Shown one piece after another: positions 35,665-45,591 of a stretch of 57,648 nucleotides of DNA. Under the pieces are notes generated by a model. It did not search any database. It worked only from the letters and a program-made list of their open reading frames with translations, and was not told where the DNA came from. Position 1 is the first letter of the stretch. Each line of letters opens with the position of its first letter. Origin of the DNA: a virus (taxonomy: Duplodnaviria; Caudoviricetes). The DNA lies in the IMG/VR virus record IMGVR_UViG_3300032219_002612, positions 1-57,648 of that record; one strand, given 5' to 3'. The position numbers were made by a program, and so were the translations under genes.

Positions 35665-36882
35665 CTATTTTCGCATTCCTCGCTCTAAGGCATCCAAAAA
35701 TCCCAAATCGGTTGGAACTTCGGGGCCTCCGCCTTTTTCTCCGCCGGAAGATGGCAGGGTGGAGCGTAGCTCTTTAGTCAGACTCTCTAGCTCTGATATG
35801 CGAGTTTGCGTCTTGGCTACGTAGTCTTGGAATACGTTCATCACGACCGGCATGGCCGCGGCATTGAAGGTAAGTCTGGCTTTGGCTTTAGGGTCAAGTT
35901 CTGTATTTTCAATTTGGAGGGCCTGCTGTTGAATACCGCTTAAAGCGTTATTCCAGGCTTCGTTGCCGTCAATAGGGCGTAGGAGAGCGTTTTCTTTTTG
36001 AAGATTTTCCCACTCTGTTTTATATGCGGTCTCAACCTCCAACTGACTTTGTTTATAGAACTGCTCCCTCTGCTGTTTCTCTTCTGTCTCCAACATTTGA
36101 AGCACTGTCTGGACGTCTTTAGTTAAGACATCCCTTCTAGCGAAAACCTTCTGGAGGTCTTCCGCCTTAGCCCGAATGGCCAAAGCGTCAACTGGGTCAA
36201 AAGAGGCAGTGGCTTCTTTTAGCAGGGCTCTGCGGGTGGCCGCGTTAGGCTCAACCATTGCCGCATAAATACCCCTGGGGTCTGCTTTATAAAGCTCCGC
36301 AAGTTCTGATACCTCCTGTTGAATACCTTTCAAAGGTTCGGTAACGGCTTGTTTATATTCTTTTGTAGATTCTAAACGAGACAACTTAAGTTCGCTTTCG
36401 TACTCGTCTCGCTCGGTTTTTAAGGCGTTTAACTGATTTTGTAAATCAATCTGTTCGACGGAATTAACGGGGGCTTCTGAAGTTTTTGTTTCTAATTCTT
36501 TAACTTTAGCCCTAGAGTCTCTTAGATCTTTAGTCAAACGAGCCCAAGCAGTTTGAGCTTCGGGTTTAAGATTCTCCGGGGGTTTTACATCAATCTCATC
36601 GGTAGTGGCGGGGGTAGTTTTTGTGTCTTCCTGACCCGTCATTCGTTTGGTCAATACGTCTAAAGGATTAGTTAATGCCGAAGCGTCAGTTTTTGCGGGC
36701 TCAACGATTTTGGTCGTTTCGCTGGGGGCTGTAACTGCTGTCGCGGTCGGCGCAACTTCGGGCGTTGGGGCTTTGTCCAAAGCCTCAAATCCAACGTTAA
36801 AAGCGTCAGCAAAGCTTAAATTATCTGCTCCCGCGGATCCTGCGACTGCTGGTTCTGGGGTGGCTGTAGTTGTTTCACTCAT
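35665..36882 (-). CDS. capsid scaffolding protein
   Basis: Disordered N-terminus plus long coiled coil, between portal and MCP. Confidence 0.75.
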   Translation of the reverse strand: MSETTTATPEPAVAGSAGADNLSFADAFNVGFEALDKAPTPEVAPTATAVTAPSETTKIVEPAKTDASALTNPLDVLTKRMTGQEDTKTTPATTDEIDVKPPENLKPEAQTAWARLTKDLRDSRAKVKELETKTSEAPVNSVEQIDLQNQLNALKTERDEYESELKLSRLESTKEYKQAVTEPLKGIQQEVSELAELYKADPRGIYAAMVEPNAATRRALLKEATASFDPVDALAIRAKAEDLQKVFARRDVLTKDVQTVLQMLETEEKQQREQFYKQSQLEVETAYKTEWENLQKENALLRPIDGNEAWNNALSGIQQQALQIENTELDPKAKARLTFNAAAMPVVMNVFQDYVAKTQTRISELESLTKELRSTLPSSGGEKGGGPEVPTDLGFLDALERGMRK

Positions 36883-36899
36883 GTTTTAGGTTCCTTATT

Positions 36900-37208
36900 T
36901 TAGTTTGTTTCTGTTTCTTCTTCTGCTGTCTTCTCCCACGGAGCGGGGAGATTAGTTGGTTCTGACTCTTCTTCTGATAAAGCTCCTAAAATTCGAACAG
37001 CTTCGTAATAACCTTCTCGGCGAGAATTTAGAGTGGCATTCCAATCTACAAAATCCACTCCAGCTGGTGGTAGGGTTGGTACGGGGGTTCCTAAATTTGT
37101 TAATACTTGCCTTAACGCTTGGCCAGCTTCGGATTTATAAAAGCCTTTCCAGGCCAACTTAAAATCTTGTCTTTTATTCCAATCGTTTAATGTCATGCTT
37201 TTAGGCAA
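36900..37208 (-). CDS. hypothetical protein (portal-adjacent, Bbp19-like position)
   Basis: FYKSEAGQALRQVL...REG motif; synteny. Confidence 0.6.
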   Translation of the reverse strand: MPKSMTLNDWNKRQDFKLAWKGFYKSEAGQALRQVLTNLGTPVPTLPPAGVDFVDWNATLNSRREGYYEAVRILGALSEEESEPTNLPAPWEKTAEEETETN

Positions 37209-39462
37209 CGGTGGTATTCATCGCGGTTCGTAGGTTAGCCGCGGCTTGCGCATCTTGTAAAGCTAATTTTTGTTTTAACTCTGCTTCTTTAAATCTGGTG
37301 TCCATCGCTGCTCTTTCTTGTTTCAATTGCATGTCGAGTTGATGCTCTTGCATTTTCATTTGCATCTGAGGGGAGATTCCCTGTACCTGACCTTGTTCTA
37401 AAGCCATTTGTTGTTCTTGTTCGGCCGTTTTTCGAATGTCCTCTTCGACATCTCGTTGTAGATTTGTCACGGCCTCGCGCATCAAATTCATGGCTAATTT
37501 TACTTGGCCTAACTCTTGCTGTTTAGTTTGGTCTTGCGCTACTTTAATAAAATGTTCGTTAACGTGCTGGAACATCATCGTTAAAAACGCAAGTGTCGCT
37601 TGTTTATTTTCTATTTGGTTATTTTGAACGGCCTCTATAATCGGCTGAGATTCCCGCAAGTGAACGGCTAAATGAATTGTGTGATTTTCACTTGGCAGAA
37701 CTGTTACCGATCTTCCGGCCTGCATGGCCCCGTTTTCAAGCTCGGCTATTTTAGCATCTGCGGGAATACGATTTTTTACTGTGGGGTTCGGGAGATAGCG
37801 GTCAACCTGGTCGTAACCGACCCTGGCGGCAATCCTGTCTCGAATGGCGTTCACTTGACCAAGTTCATCGAATCTGGGGAGCATCCCCATAAACTCATTA
37901 AAGGTCGCTAATCTCGCAGCGGGAGAACCTAAGCCAACAGCTTTTACTGCATCCACGCTATAAACACCCTTAACAGCAGCCCAAGGAACTCCGCGCTCTT
38001 CAATGCGTTTTTTAAATTGAATAGCTTCCGCCGATCCAACTTCTCCGGGGATCCAGGTATCGCGTTGAAGTCTTCGGAATTGCTCCCGCAATAACCTTCC
38101 CCAGGGTACATAAAATAGATTCATTGCATTGGTGGTTAAGATTGCTTCGTTTGCAAGCTGTGCCTCAACCTCTGTTGCGGTGCGGGGGTTGCCGCGGGGT
38201 GCGTTTAGTTGAGTTTGATAAGATCCGGTATTGCTCTGGCGAACCATAGCCATTTCATTTACAATGGGTTGAACGTTCTGAGCGAGATTTGGAAATTGGG
38301 TTTGAACGACATTGAGGCCCGGAGGTAAAAACGAAAGGGGCCCGGAATAGGCCATCGTCATTCTAGAGACATCTTCGGCGCTTTGTGGCTGTAGTAACAC
38401 AGAAGTTTGAAGCATGGCTCCATCTGCCATTGCGCAACGCAAACGATTTGTCATCTGAATGTGAGGAAAAATCTTGTACCCTAAGCCCCGAATAGAATGA
38501 TACATTCCATTCCCAACGCCATATGTAAAGATGTGAAAGGCTTCTGCCGCGCTTTTAAAACGGTTTAACTTCTTAAATAAAAAGTCGCCTTTTCCATCTC
38601 GGCGTCCAATGGCGTGCGAATAACTTCCGTCAAACTCGCGAACGTAGTAGTGAACTACGTGAACCTCCCGACTGCGAACATGGGCGAAGTAAAGATCATT
38701 GTCTTTAATTTGCCTCTGTAACTCTTCCCAATTAAAACCGTCCTGGGGGAAAGTTGTGGTAGCGTCTCGGATTGCGTTGCGCACTTCGTCTACGTTCCAC
38801 CCGGCTTGTGCTGCAATTTTTGGATTTTCAATATATCTGTAAAGTTCGTGGGTCAAATAAATCCTGCGGACACAAGCGATCTCTACTTTGTCCTCAGTCG
38901 CAGAGGTTCCTCTTGGAATAAAGAAATCTCCAATTGGGCAGACGTTCCAATGCCAGTTCCGCTCGTCTTCAAAAAAAGCAATTCCCAAACCTTGGGAGAC
39001 GAAATAGTAAGAAAGAAGTTGTTGTTTAAAATAAAAGCTCGGCCAGTCCTTTGTGATTAAACGGTGAAACTCTTCAGCAATAATCGAACCGTATTCTTCG
39101 CGTTGGCTCTCATCCCCGAAACGAGTTTTTACAGTTACCAATCTATCTACAGATGTCACTAAATCATTGTAAGAGGTAAGGGCTTTTTCTAGGTCGGCGC
39201 CGGCCTCACCAAAGTTTAAATTCGCTCGGTACCCCTGGCCTAAACGGCGAAGAGTAACTGGGTCATAGGGAGCCGCGCCGTCAAACATGTCCATGATTCG
39301 GGTGCGGTCGCGGGACGACGCCTCGTCTGCTAGATAAAGATTTTGATAAAGGCTATGCAGCCCGTTGTGATCGCTGATTCGGGTTTTGGGGGCTTTTCCG
39401 CTTTCGCTTATTGTCAACAAGTCAGAATCAGGCACCGAGTATGTGTTGTATTTGGGTTCCAC
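37201..39462 (-). CDS. portal protein
   Basis: Follows TerL; RTATEV motif; C-terminal Gln-rich helical barrel; GTG 39462 preferred because the track's TTG lies in the -35 box. Confidence 0.85.
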   Translation of the reverse strand: MEPKYNTYSVPDSDLLTISESGKAPKTRISDHNGLHSLYQNLYLADEASSRDRTRIMDMFDGAAPYDPVTLRRLGQGYRANLNFGEAGADLEKALTSYNDLVTSVDRLVTVKTRFGDESQREEYGSIIAEEFHRLITKDWPSFYFKQQLLSYYFVSQGLGIAFFEDERNWHWNVCPIGDFFIPRGTSATEDKVEIACVRRIYLTHELYRYIENPKIAAQAGWNVDEVRNAIRDATTTFPQDGFNWEELQRQIKDNDLYFAHVRSREVHVVHYYVREFDGSYSHAIGRRDGKGDFLFKKLNRFKSAAEAFHIFTYGVGNGMYHSIRGLGYKIFPHIQMTNRLRCAMADGAMLQTSVLLQPQSAEDVSRMTMAYSGPLSFLPPGLNVVQTQFPNLAQNVQPIVNEMAMVRQSNTGSYQTQLNAPRGNPRTATEVEAQLANEAILTTNAMNLFYVPWGRLLREQFRRLQRDTWIPGEVGSAEAIQFKKRIEERGVPWAAVKGVYSVDAVKAVGLGSPAARLATFNEFMGMLPRFDELGQVNAIRDRIAARVGYDQVDRYLPNPTVKNRIPADAKIAELENGAMQAGRSVTVLPSENHTIHLAVHLRESQPIIEAVQNNQIENKQATLAFLTMMFQHVNEHFIKVAQDQTKQQELGQVKLAMNLMREAVTNLQRDVEEDIRKTAEQEQQMALEQGQVQGISPQMQMKMQEHQLDMQLKQERAAMDTRFKEAELKQKLALQDAQAAANLRTAMNTTVA

Positions 39463-39472
39463 AAGTTCGCCT

Positions 39473-39501
39473 AGTATGGGCGAGTCGCCTATCCCTGTCA
39501 A
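39473..39501 (-). promoter_or_regulatory. portal promoter
   Basis: TTGACA-N17-CATACT-N10-GTG(39462). Confidence 0.6.
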
Positions 39502-39508
39502 TCAACTT

Positions 39509-41242
39509 TTAGCCACCGAGAAAAGCTGAATCGGGGATTACTTGATCTAGTTTTCTTACTTGATCCGCCCAACTGGATCGTAGTTTGCCACCAACCAAAG
39601 ACCCGGCGTGGATACCCAATTTCTGCCTCGCTAAATCCAAGCCTAGAAAAAAAGCATCTGCTAAATCGGGGGAGCGCCCCAGTCGGAGTTTATAATCTCT
39701 CTTTGGCTCTACTGTGACCTTTCCGCCCCCAGTAGTATTATATTTGCGGCCAGTCATTTCTTTAGCTAAATCCGGAACTACTCCCTTAAGTTGCCCAGCC
39801 CTCATATACTCGACCCCGGAAAACCACAACTCGGTTACCCGGTTGGTATATTTATCTGAGCCTTTAATCGGGTTTGTGATGCTCACCGGTAGGCTAGATG
39901 CTCTCTCACCGAATTTGATTCGAAGAATCCGGGGGGACCAAAGCTCCGCCAAGATGTCGCAAAAAGGATCGCCCGCTCCTGTTGCGTCTATAGCCAGTCT
40001 TTCGGGCGGTATGCCAGACTCTTGGCAAACGCGCATGACTTCTCTGGCTATTTGAAAGTTTCGGGGCTCAGGCTTGGTTACATCCTCCCGTAAATAATGA
40101 AACTTGTGGAGGGCGACAGCCGGGCCCGCTTCTTCACTTTGGCCATATTTAAGCACGGCCAAGACTGATCTATCTCCTCCGTTTGTGAAGGCAGGGTCAA
40201 AACCGGCTAAGAACAGCGGAGAGGTTGACCACCGGGGCTCTTTAGTAACATCGTATTTTCTAAAGTCGGCTTCAGAATAGATCCCCTCCTCTGCGCCAAC
40301 AGGGGCGGGGAAGCTTCTGATAAAACGCCAAAAAGACAAAGAGTTCTCTCCTTCATTCTCAATGGCGTATTTTACTTGTTTGGACGTAAGCAAGAAGGGC
40401 CATTTGTCGTTGTGCTCAATATTAGGTGTTTTGAGTCCGTCCAGATGAATACATTTGCCACTTTTTGTTTCCCATTCGTCTGCCTCTACGGTTACTGAAT
40501 TCCATCCTTCTTTGGGAGTAGAGAAAACACCGAAGGGATCGTATTGCGAATTAAAGTTTCCAAGGGCAACGCATTGAAACTGCGGGTTTGCATTTAGGTT
40601 ATTGATGGCTTCAAACACGGAATTTGTTACGTCAGTTGCCTCGTCAATAATAAGAAAGACTCTTTTATTTTTTAGCCCGATTAATTTAGCCGTGGCCTCT
40701 TTTTCTTTATCTGGGCTTGAGGGAACCAGAGTAATTGAAGAGCGGTCGGAAGCTTCCCCAGACTCCGAAACATCCAGTACAATTTTTCCCATAGAGTCTA
40801 CTAGCTTTCCGGGCAAGCCAGGAACTTGCATGTAGCGTTCTCTAATCGAGCCCCACAACCGTTTGCGCGCTTCTCGCACGCTAGTTGTGGTGACTAAAAC
40901 CAATGTCTCGTGCGGGGCGCACAGCCAGTTGACGAGCCCCCACATGGCCATAGTGGAAGTCTTAGCGGAGGATTTTGGCCCAGATATTGCTAAATAGTTT
41001 TCTTCGCAAGCGCGCTCAATCATCCAATCGGCCCAAGGGTGCCAATAAAAACCGTTTTTGTTTTTTGTTTTGTGGTATGGCCAAAGCAAATTCACTACGT
41101 TTTTAAAGTGCTGGGCTTTACCAAGACCTCCGTCTTCGGGTTTCAACCCCGCTTTAAAAGCCAGTAATTCGATGTCGAGATCTCCTGCCCCATCGGGCCA
41201 GGACTTTCCATATTTTTCTATAGGCAAGAAGGTAATCTGCAT
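39509..41242 (-). CDS. terL: terminase large subunit
   Basis: Walker A GPKSSAKT, Walker B LIIDEA, GN coupling motif, RNase-H-like GFDPA..GGD, IDATG, SPDLADA. Confidence 0.92.
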   Translation of the reverse strand: MQITFLPIEKYGKSWPDGAGDLDIELLAFKAGLKPEDGGLGKAQHFKNVVNLLWPYHKTKNKNGFYWHPWADWMIERACEENYLAISGPKSSAKTSTMAMWGLVNWLCAPHETLVLVTTTSVREARKRLWGSIRERYMQVPGLPGKLVDSMGKIVLDVSESGEASDRSSITLVPSSPDKEKEATAKLIGLKNKRVFLIIDEATDVTNSVFEAINNLNANPQFQCVALGNFNSQYDPFGVFSTPKEGWNSVTVEADEWETKSGKCIHLDGLKTPNIEHNDKWPFLLTSKQVKYAIENEGENSLSFWRFIRSFPAPVGAEEGIYSEADFRKYDVTKEPRWSTSPLFLAGFDPAFTNGGDRSVLAVLKYGQSEEAGPAVALHKFHYLREDVTKPEPRNFQIAREVMRVCQESGIPPERLAIDATGAGDPFCDILAELWSPRILRIKFGERASSLPVSITNPIKGSDKYTNRVTELWFSGVEYMRAGQLKGVVPDLAKEMTGRKYNTTGGGKVTVEPKRDYKLRLGRSPDLADAFFLGLDLARQKLGIHAGSLVGGKLRSSWADQVRKLDQVIPDSAFLGG

Positions 41243-41276
41243 ATTTACTTGACAGTTGTCAATTTAAGTTCACTCT
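41234..41276. promoter_or_regulatory. overlapping divergent promoter pair between virion and replication operons
   Basis: Near-palindrome TTGACAgtTGTCAA; + TTGACA-N16-CACTCT; - TTGACA-N17-CAGATT. Confidence 0.7.
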
Positions 41277-41304
41277 ACCCGCACGATGAACACACCCTTA
41301 AATA

Positions 41305-41706
41305 ATGAACAGTTGTACAAAAGGCAAAGTTGGAGAGCGTGAGTGGCGCGACGTCCTCAAAGCGGAGGGCTACGAAGCGAGGCGTGGCAGGCAATTTTCC
41401 GGCAGTCCGGAGTCGCCGGACGTTGTCTCCAACCTCCCATTTCACTTTGAAGTCAAACGGGTTGAAGCCCTCAACATTAATAAAGCTATGGAGCAGGCAA
41501 AACGAGATTGTGGCAAGAGTGTGCCAGTGGTGGCCCATAGAAAAAACAAGTGCGAGTGGCTTGTTACAATGGTTGCAAAAGATTGGCTTGAATTAGTGCG
41601 TGAGAAACATGCCGACGCTTGTGCAGTTGCGCCCGTGGCAGGAGAAGTCAAAAAGTACTATACTTCAGGCAATTCGGAGCCACTCGATCGCGCTGGATTG
41701 CTCTGA
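41305..41706 (+). CDS. Holliday junction resolvase (Hjc-like PD-(D/E)XK)
   Basis: NS..KGK.GERE...PDV...FEVKR. Confidence 0.8.
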   Translation: MNSCTKGKVGEREWRDVLKAEGYEARRGRQFSGSPESPDVVSNLPFHFEVKRVEALNINKAMEQAKRDCGKSVPVVAHRKNKCEWLVTMVAKDWLELVREKHADACAVAPVAGEVKKYYTSGNSEPLDRAGLL

Positions 41707-42904
41707 TACTGGGACTGGTAAAACGGTAACCGCTTGCGCGGTTGCAAAAGAGTTGGGTTTTGAATTTGTTATTATAGCGCCAAAAATTGTTCTTCCCGCC
41801 TGGAAAACTTGGTGTAGTGCTTTTGGGCTAACCCCTAAATTCATACTTAACTACGAAAAGCTTCGGACCGGTAACACTGAATTCATAAAGAAACTCGGAA
41901 ACAAACAGTGGGACTGGAAATACAAGGGAAAAAACTTTCTGTACATATTTGACGAGGTTCATCGTTGTAAGAGTTACAAATCGCAAAATGGGGCAATGCT
42001 TGAGGCCGCGGCCGGATCAAACGTACTAATGCTTTCTGCCACTGCGGCTGGAAGTCCCTTAGATATGCGTTTTACGGGTCGGCTTCTGGGGCTTCACAAT
42101 GGGGTGGACTATTTTAGGTGGCTCCACAAAAACGGGGTCGTTAAAGCTCCGTGGGGTGGGATGACGTTTCGAGGCGGGAAACGTGTGCTCACTGACATTC
42201 ATTCGAAAATATTCCCCGCCAAGGGGGTGAGGGTGCGCATTAGCGAATTGGGGGATGCTTTCCCGAGTAACCAGGTCAATGCCGAGGTGCTGGACATATC
42301 GCCCAAGATCGGCGAGCTTTATCAAAAAGTGGAAGAGGAAATTGCTGAACTAAAAGACAGAGCGCGCGCGGATGTTGACCCGGAAAACCCACTAACAAAG
42401 CGGTTGAGAATGAGACAGGAAATTGAATTGCTTCGGGTTCCTGTGATTACGGAAATGGCGGAGGAATTTATCGAGGAAGGAAAGAGCGTTGTTTGTTTTG
42501 TAAACTTCAGGCAGACGCTTGATGCAATTGGTGGGCGAATGAAAAAACACAAACCGGTTTATATTCTCGGCGATCAAACGGCCGATGAAAGAGAATTGGC
42601 CATCGCTTCTTTTCAGGCCAACAACTCGCATTTGATCATCTGTCAAATTGCCGCTGGTGGTGTTGGCGTTAGCCTGCACGATTTACACGGTAGGCCAAGA
42701 GTTTCTTTAATCAGCCCTACGTATTCTGCCGTCGATCTTAAACAGGCCCTCGGTCGTATCCATCGCACGGGAGCTAAAACTCCCGCGCTACAGTATATTC
42801 TATTTGCCGCCAACTCCGTTGAGGAGGAGGTGAGTAAATCGGTGAAATCAAAACTTCGTAATATTGATTTGCTAAATGACGGGGACTTGCTCACTCATAA
42901 TTAG
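41609..42904 (+). CDS. SF2 DNA helicase
   Basis: LRPWQ, DTGTGKT, DEVH, SAT, QALGRIHR. Confidence 0.9.
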   Translation: MPTLVQLRPWQEKSKSTILQAIRSHSIALDCSDTGTGKTVTACAVAKELGFEFVIIAPKIVLPAWKTWCSAFGLTPKFILNYEKLRTGNTEFIKKLGNKQWDWKYKGKNFLYIFDEVHRCKSYKSQNGAMLEAAAGSNVLMLSATAAGSPLDMRFTGRLLGLHNGVDYFRWLHKNGVVKAPWGGMTFRGGKRVLTDIHSKIFPAKGVRVRISELGDAFPSNQVNAEVLDISPKIGELYQKVEEEIAELKDRARADVDPENPLTKRLRMRQEIELLRVPVITEMAEEFIEEGKSVVCFVNFRQTLDAIGGRMKKHKPVYILGDQTADERELAIASFQANNSHLIICQIAAGGVGVSLHDLHGRPRVSLISPTYSAVDLKQALGRIHRTGAKTPALQYILFAANSVEEEVSKSVKSKLRNIDLLNDGDLLTHN

Positions 42905-42907
42905 CCC

Positions 42908-42935
42908 TTGACGATTTTGTTTTTGAGGTCACAAT
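42908..42935 (+). promoter_or_regulatory. sigma70-type promoter
   Basis: TTGACG-N16-CACAAT-N13-ATG(42949). Confidence 0.6.
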
Positions 42936-42948
42936 CCACGGCACGCTG

Positions 42949-43185
42949 ATGGATACACAACACGCAAGATACAGCCCGAGCACTCTAAAAAGCCGGGAAT
43001 TATGTCCGGGATATGAACCTAAACGGGATGGGGAAGTTCACATAGTTACACAGCGTGGAACTGCTATGCATTACGCCTGTGAAATGTCTGACTTTTCAAA
43101 ACTAAACGCCGACGAAACTAAATTGGTTATGAAGTGCTTGGATTACATTGAGCGTTTACGAGCGGAGTTATCCACCGATGCTTGA
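42949..43185 (+). CDS. Cas4-like/DUF2800 exonuclease, N-terminal part
   Basis: HARYSPS......CPG...RGTAMH, the N-terminal motifs of DUF2800/Cas4-like proteins. Confidence 0.75.
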   Translation: MDTQHARYSPSTLKSRELCPGYEPKRDGEVHIVTQRGTAMHYACEMSDFSKLNADETKLVMKCLDYIERLRAELSTDA

Positions 43186-44041
43186 TGTAAAAGAAATCAA
43201 ACTAGAGGTTTTTGATCAATGGGGTTTTGTGGACCGATTGATGATTCGCGGGGACAAAGCTCATCTTATTGATTATAAATTTGGGTTTAACCACGTTGAC
43301 GATGCCGAGCATAACGCTCAAATGTGGGCTTATACTCTGGGGGTTTTTGATAAACACGATTATATTAAAGAAGTTACTGTTCATATTCTTCAACCTCGTC
43401 TAGATCTTATCTTCACTCATGCGTTTACCCGGGAGGCGGACTATGAGCGAATTCACAAACGAATAAAAGGAATCATCGACAAATGCAAAAATCATACAGA
43501 GGCCGATTATACGCCTGGAGATCAGTGCGTTTACTGTCACAAACTAGCAGACTGCCCAGCAGTTCACGGAGCCACTATGGAAATTGTTAAAGCTTACGAT
43601 ATGGCGCACGACGCTCAACTCCCAGAATTATTTCAGCCAAGCCAATTATCAACTCCAGAGCGTCGGTCTCAGGCTCAACGAATTGCAATGGTAATGGAGG
43701 CTTGGTGCTCTAGTGTGCGCAAGCACAATTTAGAATTCGCCAAAGAAGGCGGTGAAATCCCCGGCTACGGATTAAAAGAAATCCAGGGGCGCAGGGAAAT
43801 TAAGGACTCGCAAAAAGCTTGGAATTTGGTAAAAGAAAAACTTACTCCCGAGGAGTTTAGCTCCGCGTGTGAGATTAAGTTTACAGATTTGGCCGATCTA
43901 GTTGCGGCCAAGGCGCCTCGCGGTCAAAAGACCGTGGCGAAAGAACAACTGGAAGACGACCTCATTGTTGCCGAAGCAATGACGCGCGGTGAGCCGTCTT
44001 ATCAACTAAGAAAAAATAAAGAGATAAAACAAATAAAATGA
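43178..44041 (+). CDS. Cas4-like/DUF2800 exonuclease, catalytic C-terminal part
   Basis: E...GFVD...IDYKFG, N.Q...Y..G, QPR, C.YC.....CP. Confidence 0.85.
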   Translation: MLDVKEIKLEVFDQWGFVDRLMIRGDKAHLIDYKFGFNHVDDAEHNAQMWAYTLGVFDKHDYIKEVTVHILQPRLDLIFTHAFTREADYERIHKRIKGIIDKCKNHTEADYTPGDQCVYCHKLADCPAVHGATMEIVKAYDMAHDAQLPELFQPSQLSTPERRSQAQRIAMVMEAWCSSVRKHNLEFAKEGGEIPGYGLKEIQGRREIKDSQKAWNLVKEKLTPEEFSSACEIKFTDLADLVAAKAPRGQKTVAKEQLEDDLIVAEAMTRGEPSYQLRKNKEIKQIK

Positions 44042-44757
44042 AAACATCATTCAGTAAAAAAGATAAGGAAGTGGTAGAGGCTAATGAAGATAAGGCATTG
44101 GCTGTGGCAGAGATTAGCAAGTCTCCCACAATCACTAACCGCAACGCTGGAGTAGACGGAGAGTTTAAGGCTTCCGATTTTCTTATCCCAAGGATTAACC
44201 TTGTGGGGAAAACGGGAAATCTAAGCAACAACTTTCAGCCGGGTTCCTTTGTGTTCAACAAGGAACTTGTGGTTGGTAGTAAGGATGCCGCCATGGAGGC
44301 AATCATTACTCACATCCAAAAGAAATACATCCAGGAAATCCCTTACGGGACAGATGTAATCCCAAAGATTTTTGCCTCACAAGCCGAGGTTGAGTCTGCG
44401 GGTGGATCTTTGGATATTTCGGAATCCGACGATGTCGACCGATATATTCCATTCCTTGTGTTGACTCTTTTGGTTTCAGAGCCAAAGGATAAAAATCCGG
44501 TCTTCTCTTTGGAGGGTCCGGATAAAAGAAACTATGCCCTGGCACAGTATAATCTTACAAAGAGTGCGTACCGCGGGGCGGGTCGCCAACTCCTTACTGA
44601 CAGTCAAACTGTTCTTCGGGGCGGATTGACTAAAGGTAGGTACCAGGTGAATAGCAAGCTGAACACCAATACCATGGGGAGTTGGTTTACGCCCACATTT
44701 AAGTTAGCTGGAACAAACAACGACGAATTCCAGGCTTGGGCTTCTAGCTTAATCTAA
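44038..44757 (+). CDS. putative ssDNA-binding/recombination protein
   Basis: DFLIPRINLV motif; position between nuclease and polymerase. Confidence 0.55.
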   Translation: MKTSFSKKDKEVVEANEDKALAVAEISKSPTITNRNAGVDGEFKASDFLIPRINLVGKTGNLSNNFQPGSFVFNKELVVGSKDAAMEAIITHIQKKYIQEIPYGTDVIPKIFASQAEVESAGGSLDISESDDVDRYIPFLVLTLLVSEPKDKNPVFSLEGPDKRNYALAQYNLTKSAYRGAGRQLLTDSQTVLRGGLTKGRYQVNSKLNTNTMGSWFTPTFKLAGTNNDEFQAWASSLI

Positions 44758-44922
44758 AAAGATGAAAAAGGGGAGACGTTCCGGTATGGTGCGGCGCGAG
44801 AAGCGCCGACAGGTCAGGTGTGTCCTGCCGCGTGAAACACCGGACGTCCTCCGCCGATCAATTCAATTTCTATCTGAATGGATGGGTTGTAAGTGTCTAA
44901 ACACAACGCAAGTAAAGGGTAT

Positions 44923-45234
44923 ATGGATTCGAACAAAATAGACGGGGAGTTAGCTCCGGCAATCTCTTCAGTTGTTGCCGAAGCAGAAGAAATTATCCGT
45001 AGAATTATGGGGCAAGGATCTGACAAGAGTGCATTTGGGCAGTGGTTTCACACTGACAGTCGAAGATATAATGCAGATCGTCTTATTTCCCACGTGACGC
45101 AGGCTATGATGCAACTAGATGGGAACAGACTTAACCCCGACTCAAGTGGAGAGGACGCTATTGCTCACTTAGAGCGCGCATTGGTTCGGGCGGTATTTCT
45201 TATTTGCAAGTGTAAAAAGGGAAAAACGATATGA
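44923..45234 (+). CDS. DUF5664-like dATP/dGTP diphosphohydrolase domain protein
   Basis: G.DK....QW...Y..D.L..H......G....D.SG....AHL..A......FL. Confidence 0.5.
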   Translation: MDSNKIDGELAPAISSVVAEAEEIIRRIMGQGSDKSAFGQWFHTDSRRYNADRLISHVTQAMMQLDGNRLNPDSSGEDAIAHLERALVRAVFLICKCKKGKTI

Positions 45235-45416
45235 TCGACTCATTGCTTCTTAAATTATTTGTTTGGATCGGCAAGAGATGGTTTGAGGCTATTATATTTG
45301 GTTCTGACCCTGAAGAAGGAAGTACCACGTCAATATTTCTTTTTGCTCACAAAGAACACGCGGCTCAAGCAATAAAAGTAATTGAAAAAATGAAGGGAGA
45401 CTCAAATGATATTTAA
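45231..45416 (+). CDS. hypothetical protein
   Basis: 61 aa, ATGA coupling. Confidence 0.6.
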   Translation: MIDSLLLKLFVWIGKRWFEAIIFGSDPEEGSTTSIFLFAHKEHAAQAIKVIEKMKGDSNDI

Positions 45417-45591
45417 TTGGGTTTGGGGGAAAACTGGTTTTGCTCGTCCACAGCAAACAGAAACCAAAAGTACTGCACAAATAAAGAAGAAAGGCAGGGT
45501 GTCAAGTGAAAAACCTAAAAGAAAAAGAAAGAGATAGACGAGAAAAAGAGGTGGTGGCAGAATTGGATTACCTTTTAAAGGAAGGATTTTT

